From Vicugna vicugna (taxonomy: Eukaryota): a stretch of DNA of 64,000 nt. The DNA is taken from contig MU058009.1 of NCBI GenBank assembly GCA_013265495.1, positions 3,179,780 to 3,243,779 on the forward strand. The letters are read 5' to 3'. Position 1 is the first letter of the stretch. Every line of letters starts with the position of its first letter. Made by a program: the position numbers and the translations under genes. A model generated the notes under the pieces. It was not told the DNA's origin, ran no database searches, and saw nothing but the letters and a program-made list of their open reading frames with translations. Shown one piece after another: positions 12,310-24,468 of the stretch.

Positions 12310-13050
12310 AAACCCGAAGGCGCGATCTCGCCGGTGACGCGGGCGGCGGCGAGGTTCAGGGGGTCCCCAGCGAGGCAGCGTCTGGCTGGTTTGATGTCTG
12401 GGGGCATCTCGGGGGGCAGGCAGCCTAGCGCGACCTCAGCACGTGGCACTGGGCTCCCGACTTCTCCGCTTCGGGCCTGGGGACTTAGCCCCCTCGCTCA
12501 CCTGTTTATTCATCCAACGTCTGCTGCGCCTCGCGGCAGCCGGGCCGGGGCCGTGGCGCTGCCGGCAGGAGACGCGGCGTTTGTGTCTCAGAGAAGACGC
12601 AGACGGGGCGGGTGGGTGGCGGCAACCTGTCCGTGAGCGAATCTGCGCAAGGGGCGCTGGACGGGCCGGGGCTGCGCCGGGCGGGAGGGCGGTTGATCTG
12701 GGCGGTCAGAGGAGGCACCGAGGGCGCCGGCCCCCGGAGGAGCGGGAGAGCCCCCGGCAGCGAAGACCAGCGGGGCGGGGCGCGGGCCCGAGCTCTGCCG
12801 GCTCTGCTGCTGACGCGCGCTGGCTCTTGGACCTGGCGACAGAGCCAGTGACAGTGACCGCCTGGGTTGGAATCCCAGCTCTGCCGCTCACCGCTGGGCG
12901 AGCCGGCGGGTTCCTCAGCCCCTCCAGGCCGCGGTTTCACAGGCAGCAGCATCAGCACGCGAGGGGGAACCTGGCCCTCGCGCCCTCTGTGGGAGGGTTA
13001 AACGAGTCGGTTCACCTGGAGCCGAGACCGGGGCGGACGTGCCCGTGAGC
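12310..13050. promoter_or_regulatory. CpG-island-like segment with GC boxes (ggggcgggg)
   Basis: Very dense CpG over ~750 bp by eye; no associated gene identified. Confidence 0.6.
12861..13015 (+). mobile_element. GC-enriched MIR fragment
   Basis: cctgggttggaatcccagctctgccgctcac..cggtttc..gggagggttaaacgag follows the MIR consensus. Confidence 0.65.
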
Positions 13051-13069
13051 CCAAGCTGTCGGCTGTTTC

Positions 13070-13224
13070 TTTTTTAAAAAGCATTTTTATTTATTTATTT
13101 TTTGGGGTTAGAGAGATGATTAGGTTTATTTACTTATTATTTTTTAACTGGAGGTACTGGGGACTGAACCCAGGACCTTGTGCACGCTCAGCATCCGCTC
13201 TACCGCTGAGCTGTACCCTCCCCC
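13070..13224 (-). mobile_element. tRNA-derived SINE, Vic-1-like (camelid)
   Basis: Minus strand reads GGGGAGGGTACAGCTCAGCGGTAGAGCG...GTCCTGGGTTCAGTCCCCAGTACCTCC, then an A-rich body and tail; A and B boxes are recognisable. Confidence 0.85.
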
Positions 13225-16200
13225 CCGACGTTAGCTGGTCCTATGAGAGCAAGTCGCTGCCCCTCTCCGGGGTTCCGGACCATCACCCGCAGCGTGCGAG
13301 CTTCGGAGAGACGGTCTCTCTAGGTGCTCCACTCAGAGGTTCTTAGAAATCTGATGCTAATTTCCATGCTATTTTATGGACCACTTGCATGTCATTTGCT
13401 AACTACTATTTTTTTAAGGCCTGGCCGCATCACAGTCCTCTTGCTGGATTGAGCTTACTTCCAGTGATGCTAGGAATTGGGGGAGGGGGGTCCTTCACTT
13501 GTTTTTGCTGCAATTCCATTTCTCTCTGCCTCCCACGTGGGCTTTATTCCTTCTGGGATGTTTACACAGTAGTTCAGTAACTTAACTGATTAAAAAATTC
13601 TCCCATAAATTTCAACACACTGGCAAGGGATCTCTGTAGCAGAAACTTAAAAAAATGGAATTGCAGGTTTTCTGTTTGGAGACCAAGTACCTGGGAAAGA
13701 TACCGTTTAACTAAGGGTCTGCCAATCACAGACACTCACGGGTGGCCCTCCCCGCCTATGGTCCTGGATGCCCACAAGGCTCGGGGCGCCCGCCTGGCTT
13801 CTGCCCTGGCCCGGGGGCCCCACCCGACGGTGCACTCCAGCATCCCTCCGGTCTCCAGAACGCACGGTGCACGGCGACCGTCAGTGCTGGGGGCCAGCTG
13901 GTGCTCGTACTGGACAGACAGCGGTTTCAGAATGAAAACTGAAGCCAGGGATCCGGGGTCTCTGGGCACCAGTGACCCAGACTTCGCTTCCCCAGCTGGG
14001 TGGTCAGCTCCACTAGGACCCTGGGGAGGAGGGAGCTCAGGAAGATGGACGGGAGTGCACATGCCGCTGTTCGCAGGCCCTGCGACCAGAGCCTCAGGTT
14101 TCTTACCTATAAAATGTGGGCTGGTACCTTTGTTTTGATGAACAGATGGCAGTATGTGGCTTTATAAATTACTTCTTATCCTGCCAAGTAACGTGCGTGT
14201 GTATTTATCTGGCTAAATAAATATGGGGCTGCCGTTCAGTCCCAGGTCCGGGCAGGTCCAGTCCCAGCGCGTCCACTGCGCTGCTCGGTCAGGGAGGAAG
14301 CACGGGGTGGGGGGGGGCGTTGTAAGGGTCTCCCCACTTCTCCCTCTCCCCCGGGGATCGTTTACTTATCTCCTAATGAGTGCAGCTTTGTGACCTGTGA
14401 GTGAATCCTGTCTTAGCGAGTCTCCCTTCCCTGTGGTCTGTGACCACGAAGCCTGGGGAAGGACATCGAGAGCGGCCGGAGCCCCTGCCTGGGCGCCGTT
14501 CCTGCCACCTGACACTCAGCGGAGCCCTCCAGGCTGGTCTTGGCCGCCTCTGCCCCGGCTGCCCCCTGCCTGCATCCCCCTTCCCCGCAGCCGAGGGTGG
14601 CCAGGCTGGCAGGGTCCCCTGGTCCGCGCGGACGTTGTCCAGCGCGGGCTTGTCCTTTTCACCCCGATCCTACCCCGCCTGGTCCCCTGAGCGCAGTCTT
14701 AATGTCCGTCGCATGGAAGGTCGAGGAAGCTGCGGGGCAGAAAGAACGGACTTCTTTCAAGGCCTCTCGGCAAAGCAGCTGTGCAGCCAGAGCCAGAACC
14801 CGAGAACTCCGGTTCCTCGTCCGCAGCGTCCCGTCGAGTCAGGTCAGCTGGGCTTTCTTTGCTCCGGGGGGCGGGGGTGCAGGGAGGCCGTGCCTGGCTG
14901 GGCCGGGGCAGCATTTCCTCGGGCACCGCCTTCCGCGCTGCTCCGGGGCGAGGATGCTCACCGCGCGCCCGGCTCATGGTTGAGGCAACAGCGCCACCTC
15001 CTGGCCTCGATGCCCCGGCCCTGGCCCGACTTGGGAGGTCTCGGGCGCCCTCTTGTGGGCATTCGGAAGATGCAGCGAAAAGCGACTTGGTTACCCGCAG
15101 GTGGCCGAGAAGCATGCTGTCCTCGGGGACTTTCCACCTTTGAGTCCCTGTGTGCGCCTGCACTGGAACCAGGCCGAGAAAGCAAAGCTTTGTAGTAGCT
15201 TAGGATGCAGACCATCAGAGGCAAATGATGTAACAAGTTGCCAGCCACAGGGGACATGGCATGATCCCCGGTGACAAAATGTCCATACGGCTCCTCCAAG
15301 TGGCATATACGGCAGTGACAGCGGCGATGGTGGTGAGGAAGGAACTTCGCAGAATAATGGAGAGGCGTTGGGAAGCAAAAAGAGGTGGAGGGAAAGAAAG
15401 GGCTGCTGTTTCTGCACGCACAGCCCTCTTCCAGCACCGACGTCACTGGCGGAGCCATTGAAGGCCAGCGGGCCGCCGTGTAAACAGCCTCTCCCCAGAG
15501 CAGAGCACACCTCCCGTGACCCTCTCGTCTGAGCTGCAGGCACGTGCTTGGCCCCGAGTCTCCCCCCGCCCTGGTCGTGTCGTGTCATTGACAGTCACCA
15601 ATGTCTCCATCTGGAGCTCAGCCTCCTCCCGTATCGGCCACATGAGAGCCTCAGGTTCTTGGGAATTCGAGTCCAGCTTGAAATACATGTCCCTGAACAG
15701 CTTACTTTGTTTGGGGACAAGTCGCATGCCGATCGGTCCTGCCAAGAGCTATCGCTGTTGAACCACTGGTTTTCACTGCTGTCAAACACGATCTTGCACA
15801 GAGAGCCAGGGGCAGTCACCCTTGAGGGCCAGTCTGGGGAGAAGGCTTTTGACTGGCTGGGACTTTCTTAGAACCATCTGGGAAGTGTTTTTAAAAGGCA
15901 CATCCAGAATGGCCGATGGGGTTCATGGTGCAGCTGAATGCCTTGCCTATCGCCCCGGATGGGCCCTGTCCACTCAGTGGCCTCAGCCAGCCCTGCCGGT
16001 GTCCAGGAGAAGGCGGCCAAGGCCCGGAGGCCCAGGCACAGCTTGCTTGGGTTTCCTCTATTCCAAATGCAGGCGGCCCGGCAGGGTTCTGCCTCACACG
16101 CCAAGGTCGGGAGAGTGCAGCTACTCGTGCAGGTCAGGGCTACTGAAGGGGCTGTGGGCAAAGTCAGGACAGAGGCTTGCTTTCCAGTCACGCCTCTCAA

Positions 16201-18399
16201 AACACCTGGACGCGTGAAGAGCTGAAATTTAAGCTGCTGGCCTTGTTCTTTTTTTTCTTTGGTTTTTTTAAATTCTACTAGAAATTACTTGAATGTAAAA
16301 CCAGTAGGAAACTGACAGCTTAGACTCTGTTCAGATGAACTGTCACACCAGACCTGGTTCTCGGAAGAGCTGTCAGAAGCCAAGGATGTTAACTCTGCAA
16401 GTGTTCACTGCAGTCACCCTCCCTCCCTGGGGCTCAGTTTCCCATTCTGCACAGGTGGGGGCTGACCGCCTCTCAAGCACCTGTATCGTTCTGTGCTCCT
16501 TGATTCTTTAAAAGGAAGCCTTACGTCACGCCGTGGGCGACTGCCTGTCAGCTCACCACCCACAATGGTCCTTTACAGAGAAACGTTCATACGTTCAAAC
16601 GTTCCCTGCGGGCACCCAGGGCGAGCGGGGAATACAGCGAGGCCCCCCGCCCCGGGCGTGCTTCTGGGGGTCAGTCACACACGAGAACTAAAAATGCGTG
16701 GGGAGCTGTGACACACCGCGGTGTGACGCGACGTGGGCAGTCGGCTAGTAGGAAGTGCTGGGAAGAAGAACAAAGCAGGACAGGGATTATGAGATGAGGG
16801 ACGCTATTTTTAGACAGGATGGCCAGGAAAGTCCTCTCTGACAAGAGAAGCTGGCATTTGGTGAGACGTTGGATGAGGGAGTGAGCCCGGACCCCCAGGG
16901 CAGACCCCCCGGCAGAGGAGCTGCTGTGCACAGGCCGGATGCACAGGTGCCCACCAAGCGGGGGGCGTGGAGGCTGCGGGCAGGAATGAGGCTGTGTCAC
17001 TGGATTCCAGCTCAGGTGTCCCTGCCCAGGGTGACCTTCTATAAGAGTCAACGTCATGAGCTCTGGGCACCGGGGAGGTAGGACACTGTCTCCGTGGGGC
17101 AGCACCCTCGAAGGTCACATGGCTAGCAGGAAGGGACAGTGGCAGGAGCTGTGCTGGGACCGGGCGGTGGTGCAGACACAGCTCTGGAGGGGCCCCAGGG
17201 CCCAAGGCTGGGTGCGCCCACCCTTGCCCAGCAGGAGGCACGGAGTCTGGACCAGGAAGAAAGGCGGGGGCGACAAAAGATGGCCCTTTGTTCACGGAGG
17301 GAGTCAGCACAGGAGAGCAGGTGCAGCGGGACCCGCTGGGAAAGGGCTCATCTCGCCGCGGAGCCGCGGGAGGTGAGCGGGCCCCCAGGCTGGCCGAGGG
17401 GAAGGCCCGGCCCCGCCTGGGCTGCGAGAGAAGGCCCTTCAGCCCGAAGACTGGTGCGGCCTGGTGGCCAGCCCCCACCGCCCCGTCGGCAGAGCCATTG
17501 CCCCGGGGCCCAGCTAAGGAAGGCGGCAGCTCAGCCCTCCTGGAGCCCGGGCCCTCCGTCACGGGGACGCCTGACCTCTGCGTGCTGACCGGGCCCGCCA
17601 GGCGCCTGGGGCCTCCCCACCGGCCATCGCCTCTCTGCAGACCCACCAGACTGCCCACGAGCGAGCCTGGGCCCACGTCAGCCCATGTCTTCCCGGGTCT
17701 GCCCCCGGGGGAAGGTTTGGGGGACCAATTTACCCGCACAGATGAGAGCCTGGGGCCTCAGGCTGCGTGTCCGCTGACAGCGGGCCGTGGAACACGCCCA
17801 GGACCGCCCGCTGCCACCATCCATGAGATAATGTCTCTCCATTTTGGGACGGTGACATGGTTACATGAGACCTCGATGGCCAGTGTGCACATTCCAGGCC
17901 TGAGACCCGGGTGGCGGCAGAGAAACCCGAGCTGTGGGGAGACATTCTCAGGCTCAAAAATCACAAACCCGGGAGGGAAAGGCATTTGATCAGAAAGTGA
18001 CACCATTCGGGTTATTTTAATGCCGTGGATTTGCGCTGCCCTTTAAGTGGAGCCCCTTTTGTCGCAGGACTTTGGTGCCAAGTGACCCTGGGGCAGATGA
18101 CTTTCACTTGTTTTTAACCGAAGAACAAGGTCATGTCTGGTTTGGGCACGCTCCCCGAGCTGTGGTTTGCTGCATCCTCCGTGCACACAACAAGCAGTCA
18201 GACCAGCTCTGAGATGACGGCCTGGTGCGTGCTCAGGGGGCACGCTGTCCCCTCCTGGCCCCACCTGCTCCCATGACAGCTCCTGAGCTTCTTCCCTGTT
18301 CAGGCACCGTGGTGCTGACCACCACCTGGGCAAGTTCTTCTACCCCGCCCTGAACCTGTAACTAAGAGTGGGAAGACTTGTCAACTCTTTGTGGAGTCA

Positions 18400-19027
18400 G
18401 TCCATCATCCATCCATCCGTCATCCATCATCCTTCCATCCATCATCCATCTATCCTTCCATCTATCANNNNNNNNNNNNNNNNNNNNNNNNNNNNNNNNN
18501 NNNNNNNNNNNNNNNNNNNNNNNNNNNNNNNNNNNNNNNNNNNNNNNNNNNNNNNNNNNNNNNNNNNNNNNNNNNNNNNNNNNNNNNNNNNNNNNNNNNN
18601 NNNNNNNNNNNNNNNNNNNNNNNNNNNNNNNNNNNNNNNNNNNNNNNNNNNNNNNNNNNNNNNNNNNNNNNNNNNNCATCCATCATCCATCCATTTGTCA
18701 TCCATCCATCCTTCCATTCATCNNNNNNNNNNNNNNNNNNNNNNNNNNNNNNNNNNNNNNNNNNNNNNNNNNNNNNNNNNNNNNNNNNNNNNNNNNNNNN
18801 NNNNNNNNNNNNNNNNNNNNNNNNNNNNNNNNNNNNNNNNNNNNNNNNNNNNNNNNNNNNNNNNNNNNNNNNNNNNNNNNNNNNNNNNNNNNNNNNNNNN
18901 NNNNNNNNNNNNNNNNNNNNNNNNNNNNNNNNNNNNNNNNNNNNNNNNNNNNNNNNNNNNNNNNNNNNNNNNNNNNNNCATCCATCATCCATCCATTCGT
19001 CATCCATCCATCCTTCCATCCATCCAT
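18400..19027. repeat. (CATC)n / (ATCC)n simple repeat containing two N runs (18468-18676, 209 nt; 18723-18978, 256 nt)
   Basis: Directly visible. Confidence 0.95.
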
Positions 19028-19709
19028 GAAGTAAGCACTGTTTATGCATCTGCTGAGTCCGGAGCATTTTGCTATGTGCAGTGGGGAGCACAGACCCACA
19101 CACGACAGAGTTTGCACTTGCAAGAAGCACATAACGGAAGTACAAGGGACAGGACTCGTACTTAGAAAGCCAGAAGCAAGTGGCCTAGTAGCGACCAGTC
19201 TGGTACCGATGACAGTGGTAGTAGGAAGGACCGAAGAGAGCCTGTTCCAGTGGACAGCCAGCCTGCGCCAAGGCCTGGGGGCAGCAGCAGGCGTCACCAG
19301 AGGGTAGCAACCAGCCACCCTAAGCCTTCTTATCTCTTAAGGCAGAAGGTAGAAGGCCTTTTCCCAGAAGAGTGGGAGAGTCTGTCTTCAGGCTGTCGGA
19401 AATACTGAATGGGAGTGCTTGGTTTATAAAATTTTTTTAAGCTTTAGAGGGTTGACATCCTGCCCAGAACAAGGGGTAGCAGCTTGGCTTAATGGCGAAA
19501 GGACTCAGTGAAGTTCTGGGAGATGTTAGTTCTGGACCCAATGAGCAGAGACACTGAGACCCAGTGAGAGATGAGCTTTTCACTTGAACGTGGGTGGCCT
19601 TAGGTTCTGGTCTGCACGTCAAGGCTGAGACTGGTGGAAGGCAGCAGAGACGCCGCTGAGCTAGAGGCTGGAAGACCCAGGTCTGGTCTTGGCTTCGCCA
19701 ATGACGATG

Positions 19710-19915
19710 TCAAACATTTATTACGCGTCGTGTGCTGGAGGCTGTTCTAAGGATCCTAAATACATTAACTCGTGTAGCCCTTTCCTCGCCCATTCTCTGT
19801 GAGGAGAGGACCATTACGATTCCCATTTAATGAATGAAAAAATAAGGCACAGAGATTTTAAACCACTTGCCCGAGGACGCAGAGCTGATCAGCGGTGGAG
19901 CTGGGACTCACATCG
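19710..19915 (-). mobile_element. MIR
   Basis: aacatttatt..cccattt..gaaaaaataaggcacagaga..accacttgcccgagg..gtggagctggga. Confidence 0.75.
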
Positions 19916-21653
19916 GGGCGCCTCTCGGCCAGCCTGTTTCTTGATCCCTGTGCAGCTGCCTCTTGGAAAACTGGGTGAATGGTCTCGGCCAAGAGACACG
20001 TTCTCTGCATTTCTTTTTCAGTAAAAGAGGACACTAACAGCTTCCCAAATTACTTTAAAAGTGATGGTCAGGATCTAAGTAAAATGTTGGACATGAAACA
20101 CTCTGTATCTAGAAAATCCTCTATCTGTGTAAAGTATTACACTCCTTGGAGGGGTGGTGAAAAGGGTAGGACAGGACCGCTGATGGAAGACCCTTCAGAG
20201 TGAAGAACGACGGTGCAGGTTTTGATTATCAGCCTGAGAGAGGCTGACTGGGGATGAGTAGGTCCATGGACTCCATGGAAATTTGGGGGTGTGGTTTATT
20301 CCCCAAATCCGGGGGGCATCCTTAATCGGTGGGGTTTCGGTGGGCTCAAAGAGGGGAAACGGAGGGTGGGAACTTTTTATTCCAGGAGCCAGAGCAAATC
20401 AAGACATCGCCCTCAGAGAGGGTGTCCCAAAGCTGCTTCCTTTCCTCCCTCACTTTCCTTATGCTTTGTTTGTTCCTTCCCCAAATCGAGACTCAAATGA
20501 GGTGGAAGAAAATCTTGACTGGGATAAAAGTCAGGATGAAATATAGTCATTCATTCGTTTTGATGACAGACATTCAGGGAGCGTCACCACCGTTCCAGGA
20601 ACTGCCAGGAACTGGAAGACAGTCTTTGCTGACGTGACAGAGCTGGACAGGGGCTCGCCGGGCACCCAGCCTGTCCTGGGCGGAAAGAAGGAGATCCAAG
20701 TCCAGGGACGTGCGGAGGGCGATCCGTCCGAGACGGCTGTGCCCCCGGCTGGAAGTCAGCAGGAGAAGGTGTGTTCCTCCCCGTTTCCTGACTCCCCTTC
20801 TGGGTGGATCTGGGGTGAGTGGGAGTTTGTTCAAGATGCAGTGCCCCGAGACAGTGATTCCAAAGGATGTCGGGTGGGTTTTTAAGCTCACCTTTGAAAT
20901 GGTTCTTCCTCTGCCTACATGCACCGGAAGACTTAAACAGCCACAATCTACACGGGTCTCGGAAACTATTTATCACCTACTTCCCTGTAGGACTGAAACC
21001 AGCAGCCATTTATGGAGTTGTGTGTCCCTGTGAGTTGCAACAGTCAGTTATAGCCGCTGAAGGACACGGGTCCCAGCCCCACGGAGCTGACTCTCTGCCC
21101 CACTCCCGTCCTGACTGCCTTTCCACGAGCTGGGGGCTGACAGCAGGCAAGATGACTCAAACCGCTCCCACTTAGCTCAGCACCGTAAATGACACAAAAT
21201 GTAGTAAGAAGATAAAAAAAAAAAAACAACCCAAAACTAACTTAAAAAAAACCTTTCACGAGGGGCTGGGCTGGGGATTCTGTCTGTTGAGGAAGAAAAC
21301 CCTTTTTAGCCTTGATTCCTCCCATGGGGTGAAGAGCCCCCGTGGCCCCAGCAACCAGGAGGTGCTCCTGCTGCTTCAGACGTGGGTCCCAGTGAAGCGC
21401 TGCCGGTCTGGGCTCTGCCCCAGGGCACCTGCCTCTCAGGTGAGAGAGTCGGCCTCGAGAGGCCGGAGTCCGCGCCGGACAGTCACCACGGCAACAGGCG
21501 CCGCACAGCCCCGTGTGCTCCAGGGGGGCCGGAAGCTCAGACGCCTGCCCCCCCACCCCCGCGTCAGACTGAGCAGCCGGGATGTTGTTACAGCAGGGGG
21601 CTGGCCTGGGCTCCACCTGTGCTTAGGGGAACCTGAGGCTCTTGCTGTCAAGT

Positions 21654-22020
21654 TGTTGCTGGGAAAAGGGAAATAAGAATTACCTCGGTTCTCGGTCACG
21701 TGAAAAAGAAAAGAATTTTTGACGAGACAAAAAGCGTGGTATAAGCAAGATTTTTATTAGTGAAGTAAAAAAAGTAGTGAAAGACAGTGCACTCCTGAGA
21801 ACTGGGGGCGGGCCAGCCCAAGGGAGGAAAAACGGCGCCGGTCCCTCGTTTTTCCTGTTTTTATATCCTTGTTTTGTGACTGATTACTTGATTGACTGAT
21901 TGGCAGCGCAGGTTCTCTGCGCTCTGGCTGATTGGCAGCGCAGGTTCCTTGGGCTCTGGGTGGTTCCTTCCCCCTCCTCTCCCCCTGCCCGCTGCTCACT
22001 TCTCTCTGAACTACCCGACA
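21654..22020 (-). repeat. ERV 3' LTR with two CCAAT boxes, TATAAAAA, GC box and AATAAA
   Basis: CCAATCAG at 21935-21928 and 21903-21896 (32-bp unit), TATA at 21865-21858, AATAAA at 21758-21753; preceded by the PPT. Confidence 0.93.
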
Positions 22021-22030
22021 TCCCCCCTCT
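22021..22030 (-). promoter_or_regulatory. Polypurine tract AGAGGGGGGA
   Basis: Directly abuts the 3' LTR. Confidence 0.88.
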
Positions 22031-22063
22031 AGTCACAGGGCCCCAGATCTTTGGGACGTAGAG

Positions 22064-22269
22064 GGCGATGACTGCTCTAGCTACTTCCTGCTGACCTGGG
22101 ACCACGGTGGAGCTCCCTGGGGTCCCAGACTAGCTGGCTGCCACTGTGCAGGTGGTGAGTGGAGGGTCGGTGTCCCGCGAGGGGCTTGTGTAGAAGCTGT
22201 CTTGGCTGAGTAGGGATAACCTTGTTGTAAAGCCACTTGAAGTCTGACTCTAGACAAGAAGACACACAT
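22064..22269 (-). pseudogene. ERV env cytoplasmic-tail remnant
   Basis: FLSRVRLQVALQQGY and CAGCAGGAAGTAGCTAGAGCAGTCATCGCC (QQEVARAVIA), typical of class I ERV 3' ends just before the PPT. Confidence 0.65.
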
Positions 22270-22429
22270 TTTGTAAGAAGGTTGAAAAGACAGAGGTCAA
22301 ATATGTGGAACTAATCCAGCCAAGGGATGAAGGGGGCGAACAAGGGTCTTAGAATAACTGACAACCTTCTGTCAGGCTGCCTGGAGCCCTGCCTTAACAC
22401 AGGTTAAAAATGATCTCTTTCCCACTTTG

Positions 22430-22990
22430 GGTTAAGGTCACCAGAGTCCCATCCGGGGTCCACTGGGGGAACAGCTGTTCCCCTATGGGGTACTTGTCGC
22501 TACACAGATGTAGAGTGTCTGCATATCTTCTGGCTTCTCTGAGAGCCTTTCCTTGTCTGTGCCAGCGTTTGGCCAAGGAAAATATTGACATCTTCCCAGG
22601 TGAGATCGTTAGCTTACCAAATTAGTCTTAATCTGCCTCAGCTCTGTCAGAGAAAACGGCTTGTATATGAGCTGTGGACCAGCGTTTCCACGTGCTTCTA
22701 CCAGGGGGCAGGTCTTAGCTGTCGGAGGTAATGGAGGAGCTGAAGACAGAGTCTTTCCTGGGCATTAGGGAAACGAGGGGCATGTGGTAGGGAGAGCAGG
22801 GGAGGACGTACGTCTGAGGGACTCCCCCTTTCAAGGAGGTGCTGGGGACAGAAGGTTGCGATAGTAACCAGGCCAAGGTGGTTATTTTGCATTTCTTTAG
22901 ATCACTGCTGTCCCTCAGCTAATAAAACGCCTGGATGTACGGTATTTTAGACCACTTGCCTTGTGTGCCGTAGAAGAGGTCACGCTGGAG
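22430..22990 (-). pseudogene. Decayed ERV gag (MA and CA remnants)
   Basis: Hand translation gives LQRDLFYGTQGKWSKIPYIQAFY*L (MA-like), then YKPFSLTELRQIKTNL, DLTWEDVNIFLGQTL and KALREARRYADTLHL..KYPIGEQ (CA-like), with stops and frameshifts. Resembles HERV-W/H Gag as recalled. Confidence 0.82.
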
Positions 22991-24468
22991 TGAGGGGGCT
23001 GAATTATGTTCCTACTTACAGGCCATGCTTTTGGTGAAGATGTAGTCCGGTGGGGGGGGGTCCCAGCAGGGGTCAGCTGGTGGTTTTCCATCTGAAGGGC
23101 AGGGTGCTGGGGGGAGGGGGTCTTCGGGGCTCAGCGTCCCCAGGTGAAGCCCACAGGCTATGGTCTGACGTCTCAGTCTTCTGCCTGCAGCCAAGAGTAC
23201 CCTGAAGGCATGGACTGAAGAGAGCCTGGCGTCCCAGGATCATTGGTACGCAGACGGAGGACCCGGCGTCCCGGCCTCCTCTCTGGATGGGGAAGGCGGC
23301 CACAGTCTCACCATGAGCTGGGAGTCCCCGCAGCCCAAGGAAACAGTGAGTTTTAACCCCGCGGGTGGTCAGTGATCCGGGAGCAGTAGAGCTGCTCAAC
23401 TGGGATAGCTGGAGACGGGGTTGGGGGGGGGCAAAAACAGCGGGTTAGGCTCAGAGGGTCCCCAGAGGCGCTCCTGACTGGGGGAGGCGGCGGGAGAGAA
23501 CCTGAGCTAGCACTCCGGCGGCTCTGTTTTCTAAGGCAGAGCGGTTTCCTTGCCTGAGGAAGTGTCCCTGGAGGGACGTGAAGCCAGAAAGGAGGCGGAG
23601 ACGTCGCAGCCCGTGGCTGCTGTCCACGGCAGTGTTTTCTAGAAAAGGCCACCGGGGACAATGTTCCTCAGGCCAAACACTTGCTGGCCAGTGAGTAAGC
23701 AGGCAGCGCATGGCTGTGAGTGCCCAGGGCACCACAGGCTGGAACGGCGGGAGCAGGGGCGAGGCCCCGGCCGCACCAGGAGGCTGGGAGGTTCCCTTAG
23801 GGCGGAGAGTCAGTCAGTCGGAGCCCAGAGTGGGCGGCCTTGTCGGAGCCACGGGACCCTGCGGTGATCCGTGGGAAAGAGAGACTGAAGGAGGGTGTTT
23901 TGTTTTTTTAAAGAACTTGACAGCAGAGGTCAGAAAGCAGAAGCGAGGATCCCCAGAAAGGGCACAGGCCAGTATATAAAGGTGTGGGTGGCGAAGTCAC
24001 TGGGACACAGGCCTGGTCCGGCGTCTTGGCTCAGCGTCTATCTCAAGTGTCATCTTCTCCTCTCCCTGGTTTGGGAGCTTCTCCCGCGTCGGAGCACTGT
24101 TTTCAGTGGTCAGTAGTCTTCTCTGTGGGCCAGTCCAGGGTAAGGGCCCGAAGTGGTCTGTTACTGTGGTTCTGGGTAAGCCTGGTTGTCCCCACTTGGA
24201 GTTCCCTGGTGGGCAGGGCTGGCAGGGGCCGGGCGTGCGTGTGGCCGGGCAGGGGGAGGCGGCCCATGGCCTCGGTGCCCTTGCGCAGCGGCCGGCCGGG
24301 CGCCGGGGCCCTGATGGGCCACTCGCTGTCCGACCGGCCTGGCCCCGCTTGGAGCCCCACGCCCTGCACCCTGGCCGCAGCCTCCACAGCCGGCCCCGGA
24401 GCCTGTGCCCCGCTGGCCTCGGGCAGGGAGGGGGAGATGAGGGAGGAACGATTAGGCTTCAGCGTGCA

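Noticed and set aside
13150-13224. tRNA-like A/B boxes
   Set aside because: Continues into a SINE body and A-rich tail; it is a SINE head, not a tRNA gene.
15255-15325. CRICHLEE motif suggesting a MARCH-type RINGv
   Set aside because: The remaining Cys/His ligands (PCxC, H, C..W, CxxC) are absent.
16711-16724. Perfect 14-bp palindrome cacaccgcggtgtg
   Set aside because: Several are expected by chance in a window this size.
14401-17989. Long ORFs 14401..15195 (264 aa), 16810..17739 (309 aa) and 17288..17989 (233 aa)
   Set aside because: Low-complexity P/R/G/A/S content, several overlapping frames open on both strands, and no recognisable domain: typical of GC-rich non-coding DNA.
18362-19318. 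ORFs of 200+ aa around the N runs
   Set aside because: Artefacts of translating N and (CATC)n.
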